Positions 12,518 through 26,400 of a DNA stretch of 64,000 nt are shown here, one piece after another. The notes under the pieces are model-generated. The model searched no databases. It worked only from the letters and a program-made list of their open reading frames with translations, and was not told the DNA's origin. The DNA is from Octopus sinensis (lineage: Eukaryota), in assembly GCF_006345805.1 (NCBI RefSeq), contig NC_042999.1, forward strand, positions 156,240,001-156,304,000, read 5' to 3'. How positions within the stretch are numbered: the first letter of the stretch is position 1; each line of letters starts with the position of its first letter. The position numbers and the translations under genes were made by a program.

Positions 12518-12860
12518 GTGGAGGCGCAATGGCCCAGTGGTTAGGGCAGCAGACTTGCGGTCGGAGGATCGCGGTTTCGATTCCCAGACCGGACGTTGTG
12601 TGTGTTTATTGAGCGAAAACACCTAAAGCTCCACGAGGCTCCAGCAGGGGGTGGTGGCGACCCCTGTTGTACTCTTTCGCTCCAACTTTCTCTCACTCTT
12701 TCTTTCTGTTTCTTATCCCCGACTTCCGACGCAACCGCTGAGCCTGGATGCACATTCATCCCTCCGTCGATGCTCTCGGTGTCGGGGCTTGACCTGCTTT
12801 CTCTTCTGCGGGTCTTACGAATAGCAAAGGACCATGTTTCGGAATTCTCCCACTCTGGGA
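12518..12860 (+). mobile_element. tRNA-headed SINE (third family)
   Basis: Head GGAGGCGCAATGGCCCAGTGGTTAGG...GGTTTCGATTCC carries A-box and B-box motifs. The same head occurs in the 42366-42881 dimer and at 58945-59079. Confidence 0.65.
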
Positions 12861-13291
12861 CGAAGACCGCTTTGCTCAACAAACAAACAATCATCATCAT
12901 CATCATCAACCACTGCACCATCGTCATCATTGTTTAACATCTACTCTTCTGTGCATGCATGGGTCAGATGGAATTTTTCTTGAGGCAGATTTTCTACATC
13001 CAGACAAACCATGCAATCTTGAGTTTAGTCTGAAGACCACAAGTTTCATCAGGAGGGGGCATCTGGCCAAAGAATATTCACCTCAAGCAATTCTGTCTGA
13101 CCCATGCAAACATGAAAATGTGAACATATGAATGATGATGATATCCAACTACAGTACAGACAATTCAAACTGGTGCTGAGCTTTCCATAAACAAAGCTTA
13201 AAACCATTTTCTGATTCTTGTTTCAGTTATTTCATTATGTGTTTGTCTCATTATTGTACTAGAAGAGCATTAAAAAAAGGTGGGTACTTAC

Positions 13292-13351
13292 AACACTGTA
13301 ACGGGTGCCTGGAACTCGGACAGATTTCACAACAATATCCACATTTGTCGT
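13292..13351 (-). CDS. IFT27: IFT27 coding exon 3, TTNVDIVVKSVRVPGTRYSV
   Basis: 60 nt, acceptor TGTAG, donor GTAAGT. Aligns with human [20 protein letters not shown]. Confidence 0.92.
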
Positions 13352-13499
13352 CTACAAAAAGAAAAACATAAACTAAAAATAATTGAAGTGCAATGAAAAG
13401 AAATTTTGGTGCTACTTTGGTGTGTGATCTACAAATTAAAGGGCAATTACTTCGGGTTACTTTTTAGTTTACTTTTCAATTTCTAGTGAGATCACAGTT

Positions 13500-14292
13500 G
13501 TAGCCTATGTCAGTGTTGCATAACCAACCCACTCAAAATGTACCTTTGGAGCGTAGGGCGACATGCCATGCTTGAGGAGACTTATTGAGTCAAGTACTTT
13601 AACATCAACATCAAAATTGAACCACACCACAATCAAATGGAAATTGTAGTTGTGACTGATGCCATCACTGCCTGTCTGGCTCCCCGTGCTGATGACATGT
13701 AAAAAATACTACCCAAAAGTGGTTGATTCCAGTCCCCTTGCCCCGACTGGCTCCCGTGCCAGTGGCACATAAAAGCACCCTCCAAACGTGGTCAATGCCA
13801 GTCCCCTCTGGCTCCTGTGCTGGTGGCCCATGAAAAGCACCATCCAAACGTGGTCAATGCCAGCCCCCTCTGGCCCTTGTGCGTAGGGTGACCTGCTGTG
13901 CTTGAGGAGACCTATTGAGTCAAGTACATCTACATCAAAATAAAAATCAATGGAAACTGTAGTCGTGATACCTGTACCAGCAGCACGTAAAAAGCAACAT
14001 CCGAACGTGGCTGATGCCAGTGCTGCCTTGACTGGCGTCCGTACCAGTGACACGTAAAAAGCACCATCCGATCATGGCCATTTGCCAGCCTCCTCTGGCC
14101 CCTGTGCCAGTGGCATGTAAAAAGCACCCACTACACTCATGGAGTGGTTGGCATTAGGGAGGGCATCCAGCTGTAGAAACACTGCCAGATCAGACTGGAG
14201 CCTGGCGCAGCCTCCTGGCTTCCCAGAGCCTGGTCGTACTGTCCAACCCATGCTAGCAAGGAAAACGAACGTTAAACGATGACGATGATGAT
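13500..14292 (+). mobile_element. Non-autonomous element or older copy sharing the RTE 3' UTR tail, with internal ~60-bp AAAAGCACC repeats
   Basis: Ends in ...CCCATGCTAGCA.GGAAAACG.ACGTTAAACGATGACGATGAT. Related tails at about 2945-3200(-), 14750-14980(-), 16650-17042(-), 33925-34370(+), 34400-34760(-), 35920-36125(-), 37480-37660(+), 38860-39127(+), 39140-39500(-), 39820-40260(-), 41700-41990(-) and 57040-57240(+). Confidence 0.8.
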
Positions 14293-15239
14293 GGTGTTAT
14301 TTTAGAGCTTTGTTATCACTGCTGTCCTCATCACCACCATAGCAATTCAATACCCACTTTCCCATGCTTGTATGGGTTAGACACAATTTGTCAAGGCACT
14401 TTTTCTATCAATCAGATGTCATTCCTGCAGTCGACCCTCACCTGTTTCCACTCAAGCTAGTATTTCCCCATGGCTGCACATGTTTTTCTTAGAAGATTAG
14501 AAATGAAGAACAACTGTATGATAACGATGCTTGTTTCTAACTATCAAACAATGTCAAGATAAGAAAATACAAACACACACTTAACAATATCAATTACGTA
14601 GCCAATGATGAATGTCTAGGTTTGCTGACTGTGAACATTTTGTGTCTTGTATTGTCATGGTTCTAAGTTGTTCTTCATTGAATTTCTAGTTCTCATAAGG
14701 TGAATCTTGTTTAGAGGGTTTTGGTTTATGATGGTTGTATTCATTATCATCATCAGCTGAAATCTGCTTTCCATGCTGACATGGGTGAGACAATTTAACT
14801 GGAACTGATACCCTGGGTGCTGTACAAGGTTCAAGTCTGATTTGGCAGGGTTTCTACAGCTGGATGTCCTTCCTAATTCCAACCACTCCAAGAGTGTAAC
14901 AGGAGCATTTTACATGCCACTGGCATGGGTTCAATTTACATGACACTGGTAATGGCCACAACTACAATTTCACCACAACTTCCATACACAGACACTGTAT
15001 GATTGTCTTTCACATGGACTCTAATTATGGAGTTCTGGTAAGGGTAATACTTGTTTAACCCTTTTGTTATCAACCTGGCTGAAACCAGCTCTGGCTCTGT
15101 ACTACAAATGTCATATTTTCATAAGTTTTGAATTAAAATCTTCCACCAACTGTATAACCTACCTCTAATCCCATCTAGGAGTGATGGACAGTGATGTTTC
15201 GACATTTTTGTGGCTTATCAACATCACTTACCAAACAAA

Positions 15240-15600
15240 ATCATCTCCCTTCAACAAATCATCCTAATGAGACGTCTGCATTGGTTGGGTCATGCCCTCC
15301 GTCATCAGCCAGGAGAATTCATCTACGAAGCAACTGCCCCAGCTCCCCTTCAGGGTTGGCGAAAGCAAAGTGGGGGACACCAAAAAGCTGGCTGATGACA
15401 GTCAAGGCTGATCTGGAACCCAACCTAGGCCCCCATATCTATGGCGTTCGCCGCTGGAATAAGGAGTGGTTGGAGATCACGCGGTCGTTAGCCTCAAATC
15501 GCCAGGTCTGGTTGGTGTTAGTGAGAGATGCAGCATTGAGGATGAATGAAGCCAGCTCAACCCACCCCGGGTGAATGCTGTCTCAAGACAAGACTTGCCG
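15240..15600 (+). mobile_element. 3' fragment of a second, divergent RTE-like LINE family
   Basis: RRLHWLGHALRHQP...WRKQSGG / KSWLMTVKADL...W...TRSLASNRQVW resembles an RT C-terminus; short (CAAGA)n tail. Confidence 0.65.
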
Positions 15601-15676
15601 AACAGGACTAGAGATGAATCATTTCAACAGTCCATAACTTATACGTATATAGTGAGCAAACTATATGTGAGTATGT

Positions 15677-16128
15677 CCGAGAGTGCAAAGTGAGTCAGCT
15701 CCACACTTGTACAGCGGAAGCTTACTAAGTTTGAGGAATATAAGGAAATGTAACAATAGGTGCAGGCTTGGCTGAGTGGTTAAGAAGTTTGCTTCCCAAC
15801 TACATGGCTTCAGGTTCAATCCCATTACATGGCAACTGTTTTCTACTATAACCTTAGGCCAACTAAAGCCTTGGGAAGGGATTTGGTAAATGGAAACTGA
15901 AGGAAGCCTGTTATATGTGTGTGTGCAGGTATGTGTGTATATATAAAAATACATATACATACATAGGTGCAGGAGTGGCTGCGTGGTAAGTAGCTTGTTT
16001 ACCAACCACATGGTTCTGGGTTCAGTCCCACTGCATAGCACCTTGGGCAAGAGTCTTCTACTATAGCCTCGGGCTGACTAAAGCCTTGTGAATGGATTTA
16101 CGAGACGGAAACTTAAAGAATCCTGTCG

Positions 16129-16159
<31 letters not shown>

Positions 16160-16387
16160 GTGTGTGTGTGTGTGTGTGTGTTCGTGTCACTGTTTTTGTT
16201 CCACCACCATTGCTTGACAATCGATGTTGGTGTGTCTACATCCCTGTAACTTAGCAGTTCAGCAAAAAGTGACTGACAGAATAAGTACTAAGCTTCCAAA
16301 AATAAGTTCTGGGGCCAATTTGTTCGACTAAAGGCATTGCTCCAGCATGGTTGCAGTCAAATGACTGAAACAAATAAAAGAGTAAAA

Positions 16388-16425
<38 letters not shown>

Positions 16426-16561
16426 TCATCATCATCATCGTCGTTTAGCGTCCGTTTTCCATGCTAGCATGGGTTGGACGGTTCTACTGGGGTCTGTGAA
16501 GCCAGAAGGCTTCATCAGGCCCAGTCAAATCTGGCAGTGTTTCTATGGCTGGATGCCCTTC
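15677..16561 (-). repeat. ~880-bp inverted copy of 31978-32872, inserted with a 10-bp TSD
   Basis: Reverse complement matches 31978-32872 almost base for base; the identical spurious ORF appears at 15661-16050(-) and 32504-32893(+). GTGAGTATGT direct repeat at 15667-15676 and 16562-16571. Confidence 0.92.
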
Positions 16562-17119
16562 GTGAGTATGTGCATGTGTGAGAATGAATTCAAATATGAA
16601 ATAGAAGAAGCACCAGTGTAATAAACATAGTCAAACATACACACACACATCATCATCATCATCATCTACTGTCCGTTTTCCATGCTAGCATGGGTTGGAT
16701 GGTTCAACCGGGGTCTGGGAAGCCAGGAGGCTGCACCAGTCTCCAGTTTGATCTGGCAGTGTTTCTACAGCTGGATGCCCTTCCTAATGCCAACCACTCT
16801 GAGAGTGTAGTGGGTGCTTTTTACATGCCACCGGCACAGGGGCCAGGCGAGGTTGGCAATGGCCATGATCGGTTGGTGCTTTATACATGCCACCGGCACA
16901 GAAGCCAGTCAAGGTGTCGCTGGCATCAGCCACTTTTGGATGGTGCTTTTTACATAATACCGGCACAGGTATCGCAACTACAATTTCCATTTGATTTTTT
17001 GATGTTGATGTACTTGACTCAATATGTCTCCTCAAGCACAGCAGTAATAGTAAAAATTGAAGTCAACAAGAAGGAGCAAGGTTGGACATTTATTCTTTAA
17101 TCACTACAATTGTTTCCAT

Positions 17120-17278
17120 GCGACGTAGTTCTCCAGGTGTACAGGTACTTGATTATGCAACCACTTCCATGCATCATGAGATTTATTTACATATCACTTG
17201 AGGAAACACAACTAGATCTCATAATGCAGTAGAACGGTTGCATAATCAAGTACCTGCATGCCTGGAGAATTATATTGC
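17120..17278. repeat. Imperfect inverted repeat (MITE-like hairpin)
   Basis: TTCTCCAGGTGTACAGGTACTTGATTATGCAACC pairs with GGTTGCATAATCAAGTACCTGCATGCCTGGAGAA; an inner ATGAGAT/ATCTCAT pair extends the stem. Confidence 0.75.
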
Positions 17279-17465
17279 TTGGAAACCATACTCCTTGTTG
17301 ACTCCAATTTTTTCAATTATCTATTCACACACGCCAAAAGCCCAAACACAAACATAAAAATACATATAACACTACTACTGGTTCGCACAGGGTAAATCTG
17401 AAGGTGGACAAGTTTTACACTGCACTATACTATGGTCTTAACACAATATACCATAACTATATATC

Positions 17466-20400
17466 GATCAGAATCGAAATCGATCAATGGAAATTGCAGA
17501 TGTGTTACCAGTGCCGGTGGCATGTCGAAACTCTACTTGTGAAGACTCGTTGAGGCAAGTGAGGATCAGAATCGAAATCGATCAATGGAAATTGCAGATG
17601 TGTTACCAGTGCCGGTGGCATGTCGAAACTCTACTTGTGAAGACCCGTTGAGGCAAGTGAGGATCAGAATCGAAATCGATCAATGGAATTTGTGGATGTG
17701 CTCCAGTGCCGGTGGCATGTCGAAACTCTACTTGTGAAGACCCGTTGAGGCAAGTGAGGATCAGAATCGAAATCGATCAATGGAATTTGTGGATGTGTTA
17801 CCAGTGCCGGTGGCATGTCGTAACTCTACTTGTGAAGACCCGTTGAGGCAAGTGAGGATCAGAATCGAAATCGATCAATGGAAATTGCAGATGTGTTACC
17901 AGTGCCGGTGGCATGTCGAAACTCTACTTGTGAAGACCCGTTGAGGCAAGTGAGGATCAGAATCGAAATCGATCAATGGAATTTGTGGATGTGTTACCAG
18001 TGCCGGTGGCATGTCGAAACTCTACTTGTGAAGACCCGTTGAGGCAAGTGAGGATCAGAATCGAAATCGATCAATGGAAATTGCAGATGTGTTACCAGTG
18101 CGGTGGCATGTCGAAACTCTACTTGTGAAGACCCGTTGAGGCAAGTGAGGATCAGAATCGAAATCGATCAATGGAATTTGTGGATGTGTTACCAGTGCCG
18201 GTGGCATGTCGAAACTCTACTTGTGAAGACCCGTTGAGGCAAGTGAGGATCAGAATCGAAATCGATCAATGGAATTTGTGGATGTGTTACCAGTGCCGGT
18301 GGCATGTCGAAACTCTACTTGTGAAGACCGTTGAGGCAAGTGAGGATCAGAATCGAAATCGATATGGAATTGTGATGTGTTACCAGTGCCGGGGCATGTC
18401 GAAACTCTACTTGTGAAGACCCGTTGAGGCAAGTGAGGATCAGAATCGAAATCGATCAATGGAATTTGTGGATGTGTTACCAGTGCCGGTGGCATGTCGA
18501 AACTCTACTTGTGAAGACCCGTTGAGGCAAGTGAGGATCAGAATCGAAATCGATCAATGGAAATTGCAGATGTGTTACCAGTGCCGGTGGCATGTCGAAA
18601 CTCTACTTGTGAAGACCCGTTGAGGCAAGTGAGGATCAGAATCGAAATCGATCAATGGAAATTGCAGATGTGTTACCAGTGCCGGTGGCATGTCGAAACT
18701 CTACTTGTGAAGACCCGTTGAGGCAAGTGAGGATCAGAATCGAAATCGATCAATGGAATTTGTGGATGTGTACCAGTGCCGGTGGCATGTCGAAACTCTA
18801 CTTGTGAAGACCCGTTGAGGCAAGTGAGGATCAGAATCGAAATCGATCAATGGAAATTGCAGATGTGTTACCAGTGCCGGTGGCATGTCGAAACTCTACT
18901 TGTGAAGACCCGTTGAGGCAAGTGAGGATCAGATCGAAATCGATCAATGGAATTTGTGGATGTGTTACCAGTGCCGGTGGCATGTCGAAACTCTACTTGT
19001 GAAGACCCGTTGAGGCAAGTGAGGATCAGAATCGAAATCGATCAATGGAAATTGCAGATGGTTACCAGTGCCGGTGGCATGTCGAAACTCTACTTGTGAA
19101 GACCCGTGAGGCAAGTGAGGATCAGAATCGAAATCGATCAATGGAAATTGCAGATGTGTACCAGTGCTGGTGGCATGTCGAAACTCTACTTGTGAAGACC
19201 CGTTGAGGCAAGTGAGGATCAGAATCGAAATCGATCAATGGAATTTGTGGATGTGTTACCAGTGCCGGTGGCATGTCGAAACTCTACTTGTGAAGACCCG
19301 TTGAGGCAAGTGAGGATCAGAATCGAAATCGATCAATGGAATTTGTGGATGTGTTACCAGTGCCGGTGGCATGTCGAAACTCTACTTGTGAAGACCCGTT
19401 GAGGCAAGTGAGGATCAGAATCGAAATCGATCAATGGAATTTGTGGATGTGTTACCAGTGCCGGTGGCATGTCGAAACTCTACTTGTGAAGACCCGTTGA
19501 GGCAAGTGAGGATCAGAATCGAAATCGATGAATGGAAATTGCAGATGTGTTACCAGTGCCGGTGGCATGTCGAAACTCTACTTGTGAAGACCCGTTGAGG
19601 CAAGTGAGGATCAGAATCGAAATCGATCAATGGAATTTGTGGATGTGTTACCAGTGCCGGTGGCATGTCGAAACTCTACTTGTGAAGACCCGTTGAGGCA
19701 AGTGAGGATCAGAATCGAAATCGATCAATGGAAATTGCAGATGTGTTACCAGTGCCGGTGGCATGTCGAAACTCTACTTGTGAAGACCGTTGAGGCAAGT
19801 GAGGATCAGAATCGAAATCGATCAATGGAATTTGTGGATGTGTTACCAGTGCCGGTGGCATGTCGAAACTCTACTTGTGAAGACCCGTTGAGGCAAGTGA
19901 GGATCAGAATCGAAATCGATCAATGGAAATTGCAGATGTGTTACCAGTGCCGGTGGCATGTCGAAACTCTACTTGTGAAGACCCGTTGAGGCAAGTGAGG
20001 ATCAGAATCGAAATCGATCAATGGAATTTGTGGATGTGTTACCAGTGCCGGTGGTGGCATGTCGAAACTCTACTTGTGAAGACCCGTTGAGGCAAGTGAG
20101 GATCAGAATCGAAATCGATCAATGGAAATTGCAGATGTGTTACCAGTGCCGGTGGCATGTCGAAACTCTACTTGTGAAGACCCGTTGAGGCAAGTGAGGA
20201 TCAGAATCGAAATCGATCAATGGAATTTGTGGATGTGTTACCAGTGCCGGTGGCATGTCGAAACTCTACTTGTGAAGACCCGTTGAGGCAAGTGAGGATC
20301 AGAATCGAAATCGATCAATGGAAATTGCAGATGTGTTACCAGTGCCGGTGGCATGTCGAAACTCTACTTGTGAAGACCCGTTGAGGCAAGTGAGGATCAG

Positions 20401-23400
20401 AATCGAAATCGATCAATGGAAATTGCAGATGTGTTACCAGTGCCGGTGGCATGTCGAAACTCTACTTGTGAAGACCCGTTGAGGCAAGTGAGGATCAGAA
20501 TCGAAATCGATCAATGGAATTTGTGGATGTGTTACCAGTGCCGGTGGCATGTCGAAACTCTACTTGTGAAGACCCGTTGAGGCAAGTGAGGATCAGAATC
20601 GAAATCGATCAATGGAAATTGCAGATGTGTACCAGTGCCGGTGGCATGTCGAAACTCTACTTGTGAAGACCCGTTGAGGCAAGTGAGGATCAGAATCGAA
20701 ATCGATCAATGGAATTTGTGGATGTGTTACCAGTGCCGGTGGCATGTCGAAACTCTACTTGTGAAGACCCGTTGAGGCAAGTGAGGATCAGAATCGAAAT
20801 CGATCAATGGAATTTGTGGATGTGTTACCAGTGCCGGTGGCATGTCGAAACTCTACTTGTGAAGACCCGTTGAGGCAAGTGAGGATCAGAATCGAAATCG
20901 ATCAATGGAATTTGTGGATGTGTTACCAGTGCCGGTGGCATGTCGAAACTCTACTTGTGAAGACCCGTTGAGGCAAGTGAGGATCAGAATCGAAATCGAT
21001 CAATGGAAATTGCAGATGTGTTACCAGTGCCGGTGGCATGTCGAAACTCTACTTGTGAAGACCCGTTGAGGCAAGTGAGGATCAGAATCGAAATCGATCA
21101 ATGGAATTTGTGGATGTGTTACCAGTGCCGGTGGCATGTCGAAACTCTACTTGTGAAGACCCGTTGAGGCAAGTGAGGATCAGAATCGAAATCGATCAAT
21201 GGAATTTGTGGATGTGTTACCAGTGCCGGTGGCATGTCGAAACTCTACTTGTGAAGACCCGTTGAGGCAAGTGAGGATCAGAATCGAAATCGATCAATGG
21301 AATTTGTGGATGTTTTTACCAGTGCCGGTGGCATGTCGAAACTCTACTTGTGAAGACCCGTTGAGGCAAGTGAGGATCAGAATCGAAATCGATCAATGGA
21401 ATTTGTGGATGTGTTACCAGTGCCGGTGGCATGTCGAAACTCTACTTGTGAAGACCCGTTGAGGCAAGTGAGGATCAGAATCGAAATCGATCAATGGAAA
21501 TTGCAGATGTGTTACCAGTGCCGGTGGCATGTCGAAACTCTACTTGTGAAGACCCATTGAGGCAAGTGAGGATCAGAATCGAAATCGATCAATGGAATTT
21601 GTGGATGTGTTACCAGTGCCGGTGGCATGTCGAAACTCTACTTGTGAAGACCCGTTGAGGCAAGTGAGGATCAGAATCGAAATCGATCAATGGAATTTGT
21701 GGATGTGTTACCAGTGCCGGTGGCATGTCGAAACTCTACTTGTGAAGACCCGTTGAGGCAAGTGAGGATCAGAATCGAAATCGATCAATGGAATTTGTGG
21801 ATGTGTTACCAGTGCCGGGTGCATGTCGAAACTCTACTTGTGAAGACCCGTTGAGGCAAGTGAGGATCAGAATCGAAATCGATCAATGGAATTTGTGGAT
21901 GTGTTACCAGTGCCGGTGGCATGTCGAAACTCTACTTGTGAAGACCCGTTGAGGCAAGTGAGGATCAGAATCGAAATCGATCAATGGAATTTGTGGATGT
22001 GTTACCAGTGCCGGTGGCATGTCGAAACTCTACTTGTGAAGACCCGTTGAGGCAAGTGAGGATCAGAATCGAAATCGATCAATGGAAATTGCAGATGTGT
22101 TACCAGTGCCGGTGGCATGTCGAAACTCTACTTGTGAAGACCCGTTGAGGCAAGTGAGGATCAGAATCGAAATCGATCAATGGAATTTGTGGATGTGTTA
22201 CCAGTGCCGGTGGCATGTCGAAACTCTACTTGTGAAGACCCGTTGAGGCAAGTGAGGATCAGAATCGAAATCGATCAATGGAAATTGCAGATGTGTTACC
22301 AGTGCCGGTGGCATGTCGAAACTCTACTGTGAAGACCCGTTGAGGCAAGTGAGGATCAGAATCGAAATCGATCAATGGAATTTGTGGATGTGTTACCAGT
22401 GCCGGTGGCATGTCGAAACTCTACTTGTGAAGACCCGTTGAGGCAAGTAAGTGAGGATCAGAATCGAAATCGATCAATGGAAATTGCAGATGTGTTACCA
22501 GTGCCGGTGGCATGTCGAACCTCTACTTGTGAAGACCCGTTGAGGCAAGTGAGGATCAGAATCGAAATCGATCAATGGAATTTGTGGATGTGTTACCAGT
22601 GCCGGTGGCATGTCGAAACTCTACTTGTGAAGACCCGTTGAGGCAAGTGAGGATCAGAATCGAAATCGATCAATGGAAATTGCAGATGTGTTACCAGTGC
22701 CGGTGGCATGTCGAAACTCTACTTGTGAAGACCCGTTGAGGCAAGTGAGGATCAGAATCGAAATCGATCAATGGAATTTGTGGATGTGTTACCAGTGCCG
22801 GTGGCATGTCGAAACTCTACTTGTGAAGACCCGTTGAGGCAAGTGAGGATCAGAATCGAAATCGATCAATGGAAATTGCAGATGTGTTACCAGTGCCGGT
22901 GGCATGTCGAACTCTACTTGTGAAGACCCGTTGAGGCAAGTGAGGATCAGAATCGAAATCGATCAATGGAAATTGCAGATGTGTTACCAGTGCCGGTGGC
23001 ATGTCGAAACTCTATTGTGAAGACCCGTTGAGGCAAGTGAGGATCAGAATCGAAATCGATCAATGGAATTTGTGGATGTGTTACCAGTGCCGGTGGCATG
23101 TCGAAACTCTACTTGTGAAGACCCGTTGAGGCAAGTGAGGATCAGAATCGAAATCGATCAATGGAAATTGCAGATGTGTTACCAGTGCCGGTGGCATGTC
23201 GAAACTCTACTTGTGAAGACCCGTTGAGGCAAGTGAGGATGAGAATCGAAATCGATCAATGGAATTTGTGGATGTGTTACCAGTGCCGGTGGCATGTCGA
23301 AACTCTACTTGTGAAGACCCGTTGAGGCAAGTGAGGATCAGAATCGAAATCGATCAATGGAATTTGTGGATGTGTTACCAGTGCCGGTGGCATGTCGAAA

Positions 23401-26400
23401 TTCTACTTGTGAAGACCCGTTGAGGCAAGTGAGGATCAGAATCGAAATCGATCAATGGAAATTGCAGATGTGTTACCAGTGCCGGTGGCATGTCGCGAAA
23501 CTCTACTTGTGAAGACCCGTTGAGGCAAGTGAGGATCAGAATCGAAATCGATCAATGGAATTTGTGGATGTGTTACCAGTGCCGGTGGCATGTCGAAACT
23601 CTACTTGTGAAGACCCGTTGAGGCAAGTGAGGATCAGAATCGAAATCGATCAATGGAATGTGGATGTGTTACCAGTGCCGGTGGCATGTCGAAACTCTAC
23701 TTGTGAAGACCCGTTGAGGCAAGTGAGGATCAGAATCGAAATCGATCAATGGAATTTGTGGATGTGTTACCAGTGCCGGTGGCATGTCGAAACTCTACTT
23801 GTGAAGACCCGTTGAGGCAAGTGAGGATCAGAATCGAAATCGATCAATGGAATTTGTGGATGTGTACCAGTGCCGGTGGCATGTCGAAACTCTACTTGTG
23901 AAGACCCGTTGAGGCAAGTGAGGATCAGAATCGAAATCGATCAATGGAATTTGTGGATGTGTTACCAGTGCCGGTGGCATGTCGAAACTCTACTTGTGAA
24001 GACCCGTTGAGGCAAGTGAGGATCAGAATCGAAATCGATCAATGGAAATTGCAGATGTGTTACCAGTGCCGGTGGCATGTCGAAACTCTACTTGTGAAGA
24101 CCCGTTGAGGCAAGTGAGGATCAGAATCGAAATCGATCAATGGAATTTGTGGATGTGTTACCAGTGCCGGTGGCATGTCGAAACTCTACTTGTGAAGACC
24201 CGTTGAGGCAAGTGAGGATCAGAATCGAAATCGATCAATGGAAATTGCAGATGTGTTACCAGTGCCGGTGGCATGTCGAAACTCTACTTGTGAAGACCCG
24301 TTGAGGCAAGTGAGGATCAGAATCGAAATCGATCAATGGAATTTGTGGATGTGTTACCAGTGCCGGTGGCATGTCGAAACTCTACTTGTGAAGACCCGTT
24401 GAGGCAAGTGAGGATCAGAATCGAAATCGATCAATGGAATTGTGGATGTGTTACCAGTGCCGGTGGCATGTCGAAACTCTACTTGTGAAGACCCGTTGAG
24501 GCAAGTGAGGATCAGAATCGAAATCGATCAATGGAAATTGCAGATGTGTTACCAGTGCCGGTGGCATGTCGAAACTCTACTTGTGAAGACCCGTGAGGCA
24601 AGTGAGGATCAGAATCGAAATCGATCAATGGAACTTGTGGAGTGTTACCAGTGCCGGTGGCATGTCGAAACTCTACTTGTGAAGACCCTTTGAGGCAAGT
24701 GAGGATCAGAATCGAAATCGATCAATGGAATTGTGGATATGTTACCAGTGCCGGTGGCATGTCGAAACTCTACTTGTGAAGACCCGTTGAGGCAAGTGAG
24801 GATCAGAATCGAAATCGATCAATGGAATTTGTGGATGTGTTACCAGTGCCGGTGGCATGTCGAAACTCTACTTGTGAAGACCCGTTGAGGCAAGTGAGGA
24901 TCAGAATCGAAATCGATCAATGGAATTTGTGGATGTGTTACCAGTGCCGGTGGCATGTCGAAACTCTACTTGTGAAGACCCGTTGAGGCAAGTGAGGATC
25001 AGAATCGAAATCGATCAATGGAAATTGCAGATGTGTTACCAGTGCCGGTGGCATGTCGAAACTCTACTTGTGAAGACCCGTTGAGGCAAGTGAGGATCAG
25101 AATCGAAATCGATCAATGGAATTTGTGGATGTGTTACCAGTGCCGGTGGCATGTCGAAACTCTACTTGTGAAGACCCGTTGAGGCAAGTGAGGATCAGAA
25201 TCGAAATCGATCAATGGAAATTGCAGATGTGTTACCAGTGCGGTGGCATGTCGAAACTCTACTTGTGAAGACCCGTTGAGGCAAGTGAGGATCAGAATCG
25301 AAATCGATCAATGGAATTTGTGGATGTGTTACCAGTGCCGGTGGTATGTCGAAACTCTACTTGTGAAGACCCGTTGAGGCAAGTGAGGATCAGAATCGAA
25401 ATCGATCAATGGAAATTGCAGATGTGTTACCAGTGCCGGTGGCATGTCGAAACTCTACTTGTGAAGACCCGTTGAGGCAAGTGAGGATCAGAATCGAAAT
25501 CGATCAATGGAAATTGCAGATGTGTTACCAGTGCCGGTGGCATGTCGAAACTCTACTTGTGAAGACCCGTTGAGGCAAGTGAGGATCAGAATCGAAATCG
25601 ATCAATGGAATTGTGGATGTGTTACCAGTGCCGGTGGCATGTCGAAACTCTACTTGTGAAGACCGTTGAGGCAAGTGAGGATCAGAATCGAAATCGATCA
25701 ATGGAAATTGCAGATGTGTTACCAGTGCCGGTGGCATGTCGAAACTCTACTTGTGAAGACCCGTTGAGGCAAGTGAGGATCAGAATCGAAATCGATCAAT
25801 GGAAATTGCAGATGTGTTACCAGTGCCGGTGGCATGTCGAAACTCTACTTGTGAAGACCGTTGAGGCAAGTGAGGATCAGAATCGAAATCGATCAATGGA
25901 ATTTGTGGATGTGTTACCAGTGCCGGTGGCATGTCGAAACTCTACTTGTGAAGACCCGTTGAGGCAAGTGAGGATCAGAATCGAAATCGATCAATGGAAT
26001 TTGTGGATGTGTTACCAGTGCGGTGGCATGTCGAAACTCTACTTGTGAAGACCCGTTGAGGCAAGTGAGGATCAGAATCGAAATCGATCAATGGAATTTG
26101 TGGATGTGTTACCAGTGCCGGTGGCATGTCGAAACTCTACTTGTGAAGACCCGTTGAGGCAAGTGAGGATCAGAATCGAAATCGATCAATGGAATTTGTG
26201 GATGTGTTACCAGTGCCGGTGGCATGTCGAAACTCTACTTGTGAAGACCCGTTGAGGCAAGTGAGGATCAGAATCGAAATCGATCAATGGAATTTGTGGA
26301 TGTGTTACCAGTGCCGGTGGCATGTCGAAACTCTACTTGTGAAGACCCGTTGAGGCAAGTGAGGATCAGAATCGAAATCGATCAATGGAATTTGTGGATG

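Noticed and set aside
12518-12600. tRNA genes at SINE heads (also 58945-59079 and others)
   Set aside because: A and B boxes are present, but there is no complete cloverleaf or acceptor stem, and each continues into a SINE body.
17466-17563. Hammerhead ribozyme in the satellite unit (as in newt or schistosome satellites)
   Set aside because: Neither strand has CUGANGA paired with stem II and GAAA.
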